Positions 10,777 to 19,782 of a stretch of DNA of 64,000 bases are shown one piece after another (position 1 is the first letter of the stretch; every line of letters starts with the position of its first letter). Origin of the DNA: Vulcanimicrobiota bacterium (GTDB taxonomy: Bacteria; Vulcanimicrobiota; Vulcanimicrobiia; Vulcanimicrobiales; Vulcanimicrobiaceae); contig CAVZQC010000002.1 of NCBI GenBank assembly GCA_963777315.1, positions 832,001 to 896,000 on the forward strand. Reading direction: 5' to 3'. The notes beneath the pieces were generated by a model. It had not been told where the DNA came from and searched no databases. It saw nothing but the letters and a program-made list of their open reading frames with translations. A program made the translations under genes and the position numbers.

Positions 10777-11568
10777 CTACTGCGAGAACAATTGGCGCAA
10801 AAACGCCTGGTGGTTGAACGAACCGCCCGCGCCGAAGCGCACCACGACCAGTTGCTGCGAGGGCACGACGTACATTGCCTGACCGCCCGACCCACTGGCG
10901 TAGGCCAAATCCGCAGGCGCTCCGGCCGGCGCGAGCCACCAGCACAGGCCGTAGCGCGGATTGGCGGGCGAACCGCGAAAGCACTGCTCGAATCGACCGG
11001 CATTGCGGCACACGTACTTTCCAAAGCGCGCCCAATTCTCCGCCGTCAAGCTGGCTCCGGTGGGGAGCGGGTGCGCGCCGTCGGTCAGCGTTCGCCACGA
11101 AGCGATCTCGACGTGCTGCGGCTCGAGCACGCGCCGGCGTAAGAATTCGTGAGGCGTCAATCCGAGCGGCTCCAAACGCTGCGCGAACACGGCGCCGAAA
11201 ATCTGCAGCGGTATCCCGCCGTACGTGAATCGCGTGCCCGGTGCATCGCGCTGCTGTGCGCGCAGGGCTTTTTCGTACGTCGGGACTGCGGTCCCCAAAC
11301 CGCCGAAGGCAAGCCCTGCGGTCAGATCGAGCAATTGGCGCACCGTGGCGCCGTGCCAAACCGATTCGTCCAGCGACAGCAAACCCTCTGCTTGCGCCAA
11401 GACCGCGGCTATACCCCAAAAGCTCTTCGTTCCGCTATACAGCGCGTGCGGTTTGCCGGCTGCAAAGCCGTCTTCGCAGCGCTCGAAAACGACAGAGTCA
11501 ACCTGCTGCACGCGCAGGATTTGCGGCTTGTGCCGAGCGTGATACGCATAGGCCAGGTCGACGCGCAT
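10777..11568 (-). CDS. Serine hydrolase, beta-lactamase family
   Basis: YSGTKSF (SxxK), TVRQLL, ASGSGGQ; start trimmed to the ATG at 11568. Confidence 0.8.
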   Translation of the reverse strand: MRVDLAYAYHARHKPQILRVQQVDSVVFERCEDGFAAGKPHALYSGTKSFWGIAAVLAQAEGLLSLDESVWHGATVRQLLDLTAGLAFGGLGTAVPTYEKALRAQQRDAPGTRFTYGGIPLQIFGAVFAQRLEPLGLTPHEFLRRRVLEPQHVEIASWRTLTDGAHPLPTGASLTAENWARFGKYVCRNAGRFEQCFRGSPANPRYGLCWWLAPAGAPADLAYASGSGGQAMYVVPSQQLVVVRFGAGGSFNHQAFLRQLFSQ

Positions 11569-11623
11569 ACTTCCGGCCGCCTTCGGTGTAGGAGTCGTAT
11601 TCCTTTGGGGTATACGAGTTTCG

Positions 11624-12091
11624 ATGCGATGGGCGTTGTGGTGGTTCGCCGTCTTCGCGGCGTACGTTATCACTGTTTTAACCCAAAACGGCAGCGAAAT
11701 AATCGCAGGCGCCATCATCGCCGCCTTCGCACTCATCATCGTCGCGGTCGCGTTGCGCAACGGCGACCCGGGAGTGCGCGCGCGCTGGTCCTGGCTGCGC
11801 CATTTGGCGGGCGTGCCGGCGCGCATGATTACCGATGCGGTGCTCGTGGGCAAACGCATCGTGAGCACGCTGGTAGCGGGCGGCAATCTGGACGGCTACT
11901 TCATTCGTCTGCCGTACGACGTGGGCGAACGCGACGATCCCTGGACGATGGGACGTGAAGGCCTGGCGATTTTCGGAATCAGCGCCTCGCCCAATTCTCT
12001 GGTCACCGAAGTCGATTTGCGCGGCGAACTGGTGCTGCACAAGCTGGTCGCCGACGCACAGCCGCACGCCTCGCCGCAGTGGCCGCTGTGA
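11624..12091 (+). CDS. Na+/H+ antiporter subunit E-like (MrpE/MnhE)
   Basis: N-terminal TMs, SPNSLV...LVLHKL; first gene of a coupled mrp cluster. Confidence 0.7.
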   Translation: MRWALWWFAVFAAYVITVLTQNGSEIIAGAIIAAFALIIVAVALRNGDPGVRARWSWLRHLAGVPARMITDAVLVGKRIVSTLVAGGNLDGYFIRLPYDVGERDDPWTMGREGLAIFGISASPNSLVTEVDLRGELVLHKLVADAQPHASPQWPL

Positions 12092-12354
12092 GCGTGAGTT
12101 CGTTCGACGGTTTACTGTTCGGTACGGAGCTGCTCTTCGTGCCGCTTGCGCTGGGGATTTACGTGGCACTGTCCGCAGACACCGTGCGCCGGCTCGTCGC
12201 CCTGCAATTTACCGGCGTCATCGGAGCGCTGATGTTCGTCCTGCTGTCGATTGCGTTCGCCAGTGAGTCGTTTGCCGAACTGGGCATTGCGGTAGCGATG
12301 CTGTCCATCGGCGGAGGCCTCGCCTACGCGCATTTCTTGGAGCGCTGGCTCTGA
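12088..12354 (+). CDS. MrpF-like subunit
   Basis: 3 TMs, RLVALQ motif, GTGA overlap with upstream gene. Confidence 0.75.
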   Translation: MSVSSFDGLLFGTELLFVPLALGIYVALSADTVRRLVALQFTGVIGALMFVLLSIAFASESFAELGIAVAMLSIGGGLAYAHFLERWL

Positions 12355-12641
12355 TGGCGCGTCAGGTTGCAACGGCGGTGGTGCTGCTGCTCGCGGCGCT
12401 CGTCGCCCTGATTTCGGTGTTGGGCATTCTGCGCAGCAAAAACAACTTCGCGGCGCTGCACTGCAGCGGAATGACCAACGTCCTGCTGCCGATCCTGTGC
12501 ATGATCGCCGTGCTGATCGAAATACCCGCCGGGCAGTCCACCGTGAAGATGGCCGTGGTCACCGTCGTGCTGCTGATGGGCGGCCCCATCACCTCGCACG
12601 CGATTGCCGTGGCCGAATACCGCCGTAAGCCGCGCAAATGA
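12354..12641 (+). CDS. MrpG-like subunit
   Basis: GILR...ALH and PITSHAIA motifs. Confidence 0.8.
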   Translation: MARQVATAVVLLLAALVALISVLGILRSKNNFAALHCSGMTNVLLPILCMIAVLIEIPAGQSTVKMAVVTVVLLMGGPITSHAIAVAEYRRKPRK

Positions 12642-12874
12642 GCCTGCTGGAAATCGTTCTGTACTTGGTGGTTGCGGTCGTCGGGGGAGCCGTCGTCTTC
12701 AGCAAACGGCCGGTAAACCAACTGTTCATCTATTCGTTGTACGGCGGCCTCATGGCGCTGTTGTTCTTTGCGCTGCACGCGCCCGACGTTGCCCTCTCGG
12801 AGCTGACGGTCGGAACCCTGGCGATTCCGCTCATGGTGCTCGTAGCGCTGATGAAAACGGCAGACCGCACGTGA
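12638..12874 (+). CDS. DUF4040/MbhD-like small subunit (homologous to part of MrpA)
   Basis: LHAPDVALSELTVG motif. Confidence 0.8.
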   Translation: MSLLEIVLYLVVAVVGGAVVFSKRPVNQLFIYSLYGGLMALLFFALHAPDVALSELTVGTLAIPLMVLVALMKTADRT

Positions 12875-13623
12875 ATCCCAAGTTCAGGACGGCGTTCTTT
12901 GCGGTATTCGGCGCCATTGCTTTCGGCGCGCTGCTGTACGGAGTGACGGGTCTGCCGCGGTTCGGGTCGTTCAGCGGCGCGTACAGCGACTATTTACTGC
13001 AAGCCGCGCCCATCGAGCGCCATATCATGAACGTCGCCACGGCGGTCAACTTCGATTACCGCGGCTTTGACACGCTGGGCGAAGAGTTCATTTTTTTTAC
13101 GTCGGTTACCGGGGTGCTCTTCATGCTCGGCGCCTTGCACGCCAAGGCCGAGCAGCATAAAGAGCCGATGGAGCTGCCTGCAATGCGGGCGCAAACCGGA
13201 GCGATCCGGTGGTTCCCGATGGGACTCGCGGCGTTTCTGGTGGCGATGGCGATGAACGTCGCGGCGCACACGACCGTTACCCCGGGAGGCGGATTTCAAG
13301 GCGGCGCGGTCTTCGGCAGCGCCATAGCCTGCGTGTATCTGGGCGTGGGTTATGCGGCGTTCACCGCGGTCGCCAAACGTGAGGTGCTCAATTCGCTCAA
13401 GGCGTTCGGCGCGGCGTGCTACGCGTTCATCGGCATCGCCACCGCTTTTGCGGCCGGCGCATTTTTGAAAAATTCGTTGTACGTGGGGCAAAGCGGCGCG
13501 ATCGTTTCGGGCGGCACGGTGCAGCTGATCAACGCTGCGGTGTTCATCGAGATCGGCTGCGGCTTTACCGTGCTGCTGCTCGTGTTTTTGCATCAGATGC
13601 GCCACATCGAAGAGCCCGACTGA
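12871..13623 (+). CDS. MrpB/MnhB-domain subunit (MbhE+MbhF-like)
   Basis: NVATAVNFDYRGFDTLGE and TPGGGFQGG motifs; GTG start at 12871. Confidence 0.85.
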   Translation: MNPKFRTAFFAVFGAIAFGALLYGVTGLPRFGSFSGAYSDYLLQAAPIERHIMNVATAVNFDYRGFDTLGEEFIFFTSVTGVLFMLGALHAKAEQHKEPMELPAMRAQTGAIRWFPMGLAAFLVAMAMNVAAHTTVTPGGGFQGGAVFGSAIACVYLGVGYAAFTAVAKREVLNSLKAFGAACYAFIGIATAFAAGAFLKNSLYVGQSGAIVSGGTVQLINAAVFIEIGCGFTVLLLVFLHQMRHIEEPD

Positions 13624-13982
13624 TGAGCAACTGGACGCTGTACTTGCCGTACGCCGTCGCATTCTGGCTGTTCTTCATCGGGTGTTTCGGGATCGTGCAC
13701 AGCCGCAACCTGATTCACACGATCCTGTGCATCACGGTCGTACAGTCTTCGACGTACGTGCTGCTGCTCTCCATCGGCTTTCATGCCAAGGCCGGCGCGC
13801 CGATTTTCTCGCAGACCAATCCGCCGGGTTCGCCTTCGGTGGACCCGATCGTGCAGGCGCTCACGCTGACCGACATCGTCGTCGGAGCCACCGTTACGGC
13901 GCTGCTGCTGGCGCTGACCCTGCAAGTCTATCGCCGCCGCGGCACGATCGATCCGCGTAAACTGCGCCCAATGAGCGAATGA
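13623..13982 (+). CDS. MrpC-like subunit
   Basis: DPIVQALTLTDIVVG motif. Confidence 0.85.
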   Translation: MSNWTLYLPYAVAFWLFFIGCFGIVHSRNLIHTILCITVVQSSTYVLLLSIGFHAKAGAPIFSQTNPPGSPSVDPIVQALTLTDIVVGATVTALLLALTLQVYRRRGTIDPRKLRPMSE

Positions 13983-15802
13983 ACGCCGCCGCAGTTTCGG
14001 TGCTGGCGCCGCTGTGCGTAGCGGTTCCCCTCGTGATGGCCGCGCTGTTGGTGCCGTTTTCCAAGCACATGCCGCGCACGCTTTCGTGCGCGCTGGCGTC
14101 GGTCACGTCGCTGGCGGTGCTGGGAATGGGCATCGTGCTGACGCTGTACACTGCGGCGAACGGGCCCATCGTGCACTGGATGGGCGGCTGGACGCCGCAT
14201 CACGCGCTGGCGATCGGCATCAGCTTTACGGTCGATCCAATCGGTGCGGGCCTTGCGAGCTTCATCGCGCTGCTGGTTTTTGCGGCAACGGTTTACACGT
14301 GGATGGGGTTCGACATCGTCGGCACGCTGTTTCACTCGCTCCTCATGGCGTTCTTGGCGTCGATGTGCGGCTACGCGCTAACCGGCGATCTGTTCAACAT
14401 GTTCGTCTGGTTCGAATTGATGACCGCCGCGGCGATAGCGCTGACTGCGCACAAAATCGAGGAAGCCGAATCGATCGAAGGCGCAATCAATCTTGCGGTG
14501 ACCAATACCATCGCCGGATTCATGGTGCTGCTCGGCATCGCGCTGCTGTACGGCCGCACCGACGCGCTCAATCTGGCGCAGCTCGGGCAAGTGGTCGCGC
14601 AGCGGCCGGCCGACGGCCTGATCGCGGTATCGTTCGGGCTGATCGTCGCCGGGTACTTCGTCAAAGGCGCCGTCGCGCCGTTCCATTTTTGGCTCGACGA
14701 CGCGCACGCGGTTGCGCCTACGCCGATCTGCGTGTTGTTTTCGGGCATCATGGTGCAGGTGGCGCTGTACGGCGTTGCGCGCATTTATTGGACGGTGTTT
14801 TCCGGAGCGCTGAGCGTTCACGCCCACGAAGTCAAAGCATTGTTCGTGGGCGTGGGTATCGCCACGGCGCTTATCGGAGCCGTCATGGCGTACGCGCAGC
14901 GTCACATAAAACGCCTGCTTGCGTTTTCGACCGTGAGCCACTCGGGCATGTTCGTCGCGGCGCTGGGGCTATTCAGCGCGGCCGGCGCTGCGGGCGCGGC
15001 GATGTTCATCCTCGCGCACGGTCTGATCAAAAGCGCGCTGTTCGTTTGCGCCGGCAATTACTTGAATCGCTTTCGTTCGCTCGATGAAGAAGAGCTCGGT
15101 GGGCGTGGGCGCGCCATGCCGGTCAACAGCGCAGTGTATTTGATCGGCGGCCTCGCGCTGGCGGCCATGCCGCCCTTTGCGATTTCGGCCGCCAAAGTGC
15201 TGTACGACGCGGCGATGAAGGATCGCGGCTTATTTGCGGTAGCGATGTTCATGGCGTTCGCGTCGGCCATCGACGCCGGCGCCGTGCTGCGCTCGGGCAT
15301 TCACATTACTTGGGGCATCGGCAAAGCGCAGCAAAGCGGCTTTTCGCCGCGCGAAGAAGAGACCGAGTGCGACGGCGAGCGTTTGGAGCGAACGCCGTGG
15401 CCTGCGCTCGCGCTTCCGATCGCGTTGATGGCGCTTGCGACTTGGGCCGGCATGAGCGGGGACCTGTGGCACGCGGTCAGCCGTGCCGCGCACGCTTTCG
15501 TCGACCGCGGATACTACGTCGCGTCGGTGCTGCACAACGTTCATTCCCCACTGCCTGCCGTCGCGCCGGACCACCGAACCGCTCAGGACGTCGCCATCAA
15601 TCTGAGCGTTACGGCGGCCGCCATTCTCGCTGCTTTCATCGGACTGTATCGCGGTCATCTGCCGCAGCTGCTTCGCCCGGTGTTGGGACCGCCGCTCAAG
15701 GGGCTGCGGGACCTGCACAGCGGCATTTTCACCGATTACGTGGCGTACATGGTCTTCGGAATTGCGGCGTACGCGGTGTGGCTGGTCGCGACGATTCGGT
15801 AA
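13979..15802 (+). CDS. MrpD-like antiporter subunit (complex I subunit 5 family)
   Basis: GDLFNMFVWFE, PFHFWLDDAH and KRLLAFST motifs. Confidence 0.9.
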   Translation: MNAAAVSVLAPLCVAVPLVMAALLVPFSKHMPRTLSCALASVTSLAVLGMGIVLTLYTAANGPIVHWMGGWTPHHALAIGISFTVDPIGAGLASFIALLVFAATVYTWMGFDIVGTLFHSLLMAFLASMCGYALTGDLFNMFVWFELMTAAAIALTAHKIEEAESIEGAINLAVTNTIAGFMVLLGIALLYGRTDALNLAQLGQVVAQRPADGLIAVSFGLIVAGYFVKGAVAPFHFWLDDAHAVAPTPICVLFSGIMVQVALYGVARIYWTVFSGALSVHAHEVKALFVGVGIATALIGAVMAYAQRHIKRLLAFSTVSHSGMFVAALGLFSAAGAAGAAMFILAHGLIKSALFVCAGNYLNRFRSLDEEELGGRGRAMPVNSAVYLIGGLALAAMPPFAISAAKVLYDAAMKDRGLFAVAMFMAFASAIDAGAVLRSGIHITWGIGKAQQSGFSPREEETECDGERLERTPWPALALPIALMALATWAGMSGDLWHAVSRAAHAFVDRGYYVASVLHNVHSPLPAVAPDHRTAQDVAINLSVTAAAILAAFIGLYRGHLPQLLRPVLGPPLKGLRDLHSGIFTDYVAYMVFGIAAYAVWLVATIR

Positions 15803-15839
15803 AGGCGCACTTGCAAAAACGGGTATATGCTAGGCTACC

Positions 15840-16283
15840 GTGAGCCGAGCTTTCGTCAAAGACGACGACGGCGGCGATCCCGAAATCGTCCCGCCCCGTC
15901 CACAGCGGCATGATCCGTATTACGTTACGCCCGCCGGATACGACCAGCTCCAAGCGCGGCTGGCGCAAGCCCAAGCCGACGGTAACGCGCGCGAGGTGGA
16001 GAGCCTGCAAGAGCGCATGGAGGCGGCGATCGTCGTCGACGTTCGCGAGCAGCCCAAAGACGTCGTGAACTTCGGCGCAAGCGTTACCGTGGAACAGCCC
16101 GATCGCTCGCGCCAAACGTATCGCATCGTGGGAGAAGACGAAGCCGACCCGCTGCAAGGCACGATCAGCTGGCTTTCGCCGCTGGCGCAGGCGCTGTTGG
16201 AACACCGCGCCGGCGATCGCGTGGTGTGGGAACGCCCCGCCGGGAATCTCGCGCTGCGAATCGTTTCGATCGCTTACGCCTAA
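15840..16283 (+). CDS. GreA/GreB-family elongation factor
   Basis: MSRAFVK start; YRIVGEDEADP..ISWLSPLAQAL. Confidence 0.9.
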   Translation: MSRAFVKDDDGGDPEIVPPRPQRHDPYYVTPAGYDQLQARLAQAQADGNAREVESLQERMEAAIVVDVREQPKDVVNFGASVTVEQPDRSRQTYRIVGEDEADPLQGTISWLSPLAQALLEHRAGDRVVWERPAGNLALRIVSIAYA

Positions 16284-16286
16284 CGC

Positions 16287-16859
16287 ATGGGCGAGTTCAA
16301 CGCAGCGCAGGCGCTGCGCGAAATCGAGCAACGTAGCGAACAGATCGGTTCGGGCGAGAAAATCGTTCCCGTGATGACGGCGGTCATCGCGGTGCTCGCC
16401 GCACTGGCAACGCTGTTCACGCATCACGGTTCGATCTCGGGACTGGCCGAAAAGAACGAAGCGATCCTGTATCAATCCAAAGCTTCGGACCAATACAACT
16501 ATTACGAATCCAAGCGGATCAAAGTGCAGCTCGATCAGGCGCTCATCGACGCGGGCGTGGCCCGCAGCGGCACGGCAGGACGCGCATCGATGGACTCGCG
16601 CATGGTCCAGGAAAACTCGCAGGCGAAAAGCACGCTGCGAAAGGCGCAGCTGCTCGAGGCGCAGTCCGAAGAGCACATGGAGGGCGCCGAGCGGTACATG
16701 ACGTCGTACGAAAATTACCAAGTCGCCGCGACGCTGTTCGAAGTATCTATCGTCCTGGTTTCGATTACCGCGCTGATGCGCACCAAGGTGCTGCTGCTGG
16801 TGGGCGGCGGCGCCACGCTGGTCGGCTTGGGATTCTTTGCGGCCGGGGTTATCCGGTAG
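16287..16859 (+). CDS. DUF4337-like membrane protein
   Basis: TM-coiled coil-2TM layout; ASDQYNYYESKRIK motif. Confidence 0.7.
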   Translation: MGEFNAAQALREIEQRSEQIGSGEKIVPVMTAVIAVLAALATLFTHHGSISGLAEKNEAILYQSKASDQYNYYESKRIKVQLDQALIDAGVARSGTAGRASMDSRMVQENSQAKSTLRKAQLLEAQSEEHMEGAERYMTSYENYQVAATLFEVSIVLVSITALMRTKVLLLVGGGATLVGLGFFAAGVIR

Positions 16860-16939
16860 GGCCGCTGCGAGTACCCGGTTTTGAGTATATTGGGGTAGCA
16901 GCGCTCCCGCTAAAGTGAAATGCGAGGAGGATTACTCGC

Positions 16940-18787
16940 ATGAAAAGACTCGTTGCCGTAGCGGTCACCGCCGGCATTCTTACCGCTTCCTGTTCCGGCC
17001 ATGGGGGAACCTCGGCCACTCCGCCGCTTCTCGGCTCGCCGCAATCATCGTCAATGGCCGGTTCGCGCACGACGCGGACCGTTGCCATGGCTGCCGCTCC
17101 CTCAGGCTGGGCCAACACCGGTACGCAGGCGGTGAAACTCACCAACGCGGCCGACTTGGGCGCGCTGGTTGCCGCGCATTCGGTGACCGTGAGAGTCGGG
17201 TTGCAAATGCGCAACCAGAGCCAGCTACAATCGCTTGTCGCCTCGGGCCAGCAGATCGGTCAAGGCGCGTTCATGTCCACCTACGCGCCGACGAGCTCGC
17301 AGGTGACGCAGGTTACGTCATATCTGCAATCGCAGGGCCTGACCAACATTCAAACCGAGCCCAATAATCTGCTCGTGAGCGCTACGGGAACCGCAGCTCA
17401 AGTCGAAAAGGCGTTCGACACGAAGCTCGAGTCGTTTTCACAGAGCGGCGCGACGGTGTTTGCCAATACGTCGCCCGCGTACGTTCCGCAATCACTGGGC
17501 GGGACGGTACTTGCCGTTTTGGGTTTGAGCAACGCGCAGGCGATGAAGACCACTCCGCATACCAAGCACGGCGCGACTCCGACGCCCACGCCGCAGCCCA
17601 CTCCGACCGCAGCGCCGCCGTCGCCGTGCAGTCTGTACGGACTGGAGATCGTCGGATTTCCGACGGGGCCGGTTTCCGAACCGAGCACGCAGGCGGGATG
17701 CTTGCGCAACTACGGTCCGGCCGATTACTGGCGCGCGTACGACGCCGGCAGCGTTCCGGCCGCCACGAGCATCAACGTTGCGGTGATGGCCGAAGGCGCG
17801 GTCCAGCAGTCGATTAGCGATCTGCGCGTGAACGAACAGGCCGACGGCCTCGTGCCGGTGCCGGTAACCGTAAAGCAGGTCGGCATTGCTTCAACCGACA
17901 CCTCGGGCGATGACGAATGGACGCTCGACATGACCGCATCCAGCGGCATGGCGCGCGCCGTGAAAACGATCTACCTGTACGACGCGCCGTCGCTGACCGA
18001 TTCGGATATCGCGCTGATGTACAGCAAATGGGTGACCGACGATCTCGCCAAGATCGGCAACTCGTCGTTCGGAGGATGCGAGGCGTTCCCGTACGTGGAC
18101 GGCTCGATGCTGGTCGACGACGAACTCTTCCTCGAAGGCGCCGCGCAAGGGCAGACGATGTTCGCATCGTCCGGCGACACCGGATCGTTCTGCAGCGTCG
18201 GCACGCCCAACGGCGTACCCGCAGGCGTTCCGCTCGTGGAATATCCCGCCGCCTCACCTTATGTCGTCGCAGTCGGCGGCACGACGCTCGTAACGCAAAC
18301 CGACGGATCGTATCAGGGCGAAGCCGCCTGGTATTCCGGCGGGGGCGGCCTGAGCCAATTCGAGTACTCGCCGTATTGGGAAGCGCAGGCGCAGCCGGTT
18401 AGTCAGAACGGTGAGAGCTTCCGCGGAGTACCCGACATTTCGATGGACGGCGACTTGCAAACCGGCATGAACCTGTACCTGTCGGATCAAAGCGGATGGA
18501 CGATCATCGGCGGAACGAGTCTTGCTTCGCCGCTGGCTGCCGGCGCATACGCCCGGCTGCAGCAGACGCACGGAGGATCGCTCGGATTCGCAGCCCCGCT
18601 GTTCTACAAGAACTTCTCGTCGCACGCGGCGGGTGCTCGTCAGACGGGGCCGCCGCCCTGGCAACCCGACGGCGGATTCCACGACATCCTGGTCGGTGCG
18701 AACGGCACCTACACCGCCCTTCCCGGTTACGATTACACGACCGGATTGGGATCGATAGACGTGACCCTCCTCAACGCGCAGATCTAA
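16940..18787 (+). CDS. S53 (sedolisin/kumamolisin) peptidase, probable lipoprotein
   Basis: Lipobox LTASC, propeptide, EWTLD, SSGD, GGTSLASP and GYDYTTGLGS; RBS gaggagg. Confidence 0.92.
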   Translation: MKRLVAVAVTAGILTASCSGHGGTSATPPLLGSPQSSSMAGSRTTRTVAMAAAPSGWANTGTQAVKLTNAADLGALVAAHSVTVRVGLQMRNQSQLQSLVASGQQIGQGAFMSTYAPTSSQVTQVTSYLQSQGLTNIQTEPNNLLVSATGTAAQVEKAFDTKLESFSQSGATVFANTSPAYVPQSLGGTVLAVLGLSNAQAMKTTPHTKHGATPTPTPQPTPTAAPPSPCSLYGLEIVGFPTGPVSEPSTQAGCLRNYGPADYWRAYDAGSVPAATSINVAVMAEGAVQQSISDLRVNEQADGLVPVPVTVKQVGIASTDTSGDDEWTLDMTASSGMARAVKTIYLYDAPSLTDSDIALMYSKWVTDDLAKIGNSSFGGCEAFPYVDGSMLVDDELFLEGAAQGQTMFASSGDTGSFCSVGTPNGVPAGVPLVEYPAASPYVVAVGGTTLVTQTDGSYQGEAAWYSGGGGLSQFEYSPYWEAQAQPVSQNGESFRGVPDISMDGDLQTGMNLYLSDQSGWTIIGGTSLASPLAAGAYARLQQTHGGSLGFAAPLFYKNFSSHAAGARQTGPPPWQPDGGFHDILVGANGTYTALPGYDYTTGLGSIDVTLLNAQI

Positions 18788-18801
18788 TCACCCTGCGCGA
18801 G

Positions 18802-18838
18802 AAAAGGGCGGAGCGACGCAACGCGCTCCGCCTTTTTT
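18802..18838 (+). terminator. Rho-independent terminator, likely bidirectional
   Basis: aaaagggcggagcg / cgctccgccttttt hairpin directly after the S53 gene. Confidence 0.85.
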
Positions 18839-18916
18839 CTGCATGACGTTTGGCACGCATCGCGAAAACCGGTCGGCGCGTCGGCCCCGTCGCGCATACT
18901 TCAGGAGCGATGTACG

Positions 18917-19279
18917 ATGTCTGCAAACCGCGTTGCGTTTATCATGTATCCCGTCACGGATCTCCAGCGTGCCGTTGCGTTTTACGAAGAGACGCTGGGT
19001 TTCAAGAAAGCCGGCCTCGAATCGCCGGCGTGGGTGGAATTCGACATCGACGGCGCCACATTCGGCGTGGGCAATTTCGAGCAAGTCGGCACGCCGGGAA
19101 CGGCTCAATCCTTGGCAGTCGAGATACCAGAGCTTGCCGCGTATCGCAAAAAGCTTATGGAACGCGGCGTCCAGGTGACCGAACCGTACGATCTGCCGAT
19201 GTGCCGGATAGCGGTCGTCAGCGACCCCGACGGCAATCAGGTTTGGCTGCACGAGCGCAAGCCCGGCAGAACCGACTAA
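18917..19279 (+). CDS. VOC/glyoxalase family protein
   Basis: V.DLQRAVAFYEETLG and DPDGNQVWLH. Confidence 0.9.
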   Translation: MSANRVAFIMYPVTDLQRAVAFYEETLGFKKAGLESPAWVEFDIDGATFGVGNFEQVGTPGTAQSLAVEIPELAAYRKKLMERGVQVTEPYDLPMCRIAVVSDPDGNQVWLHERKPGRTD

Positions 19280-19782
19280 CCGGGCCGTAGCGTCATGCAG
19301 CGGCACATCATGTATTCGGCGATTCGGTCGACCTTCGTCGAATCAAACGTGAAGCACCAGCTGCAACGCCTTTCGCCGGCGCAAAGCCTTGCGAGCGGCA
19401 TAGCGGACGCATTGATCGCGTTTCTGCGCCCGCGCGAGCCGTTGCCGGTCGGCACGACGACGGCGCACTCATTGCCAAGGCGTACGATATGGGCGTGCGC
19501 GACGGCGCGCAGGGGTTCACGCCGTACTCGCCGGGCACGCTGTGAGACTTGGGCGCCCGAGCGGTTTCCAAAAGCATCCGGTTGTAGCGACCGACTAGAG
19601 TGCGGGCCTAGGAGCCGGGTTGCGGGCGTGGCGCAACAGGGGAGCTGCGCTCGCCTCACAGAATGAGCCTTACGTCGGAAAATTTTGAAGGGCGAATGCT
19701 TTGCTATTACGCCGGGCTTCTCAAGCTATAACGGCCCACGGCGGCCGCCTCTTTACTGCAGCACGCACACCACGTCTATAGC

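Noticed and set aside
11624..15802. Membrane-bound [NiFe] hydrogenase operon
   Set aside because: No catalytic or Fe-S subunits follow; the next gene is a Gre factor.
15811..15836. Sigma70 promoter TTGCAA...TAGGCT before the Gre factor gene
   Set aside because: The 14-bp spacer is too short to call with confidence.
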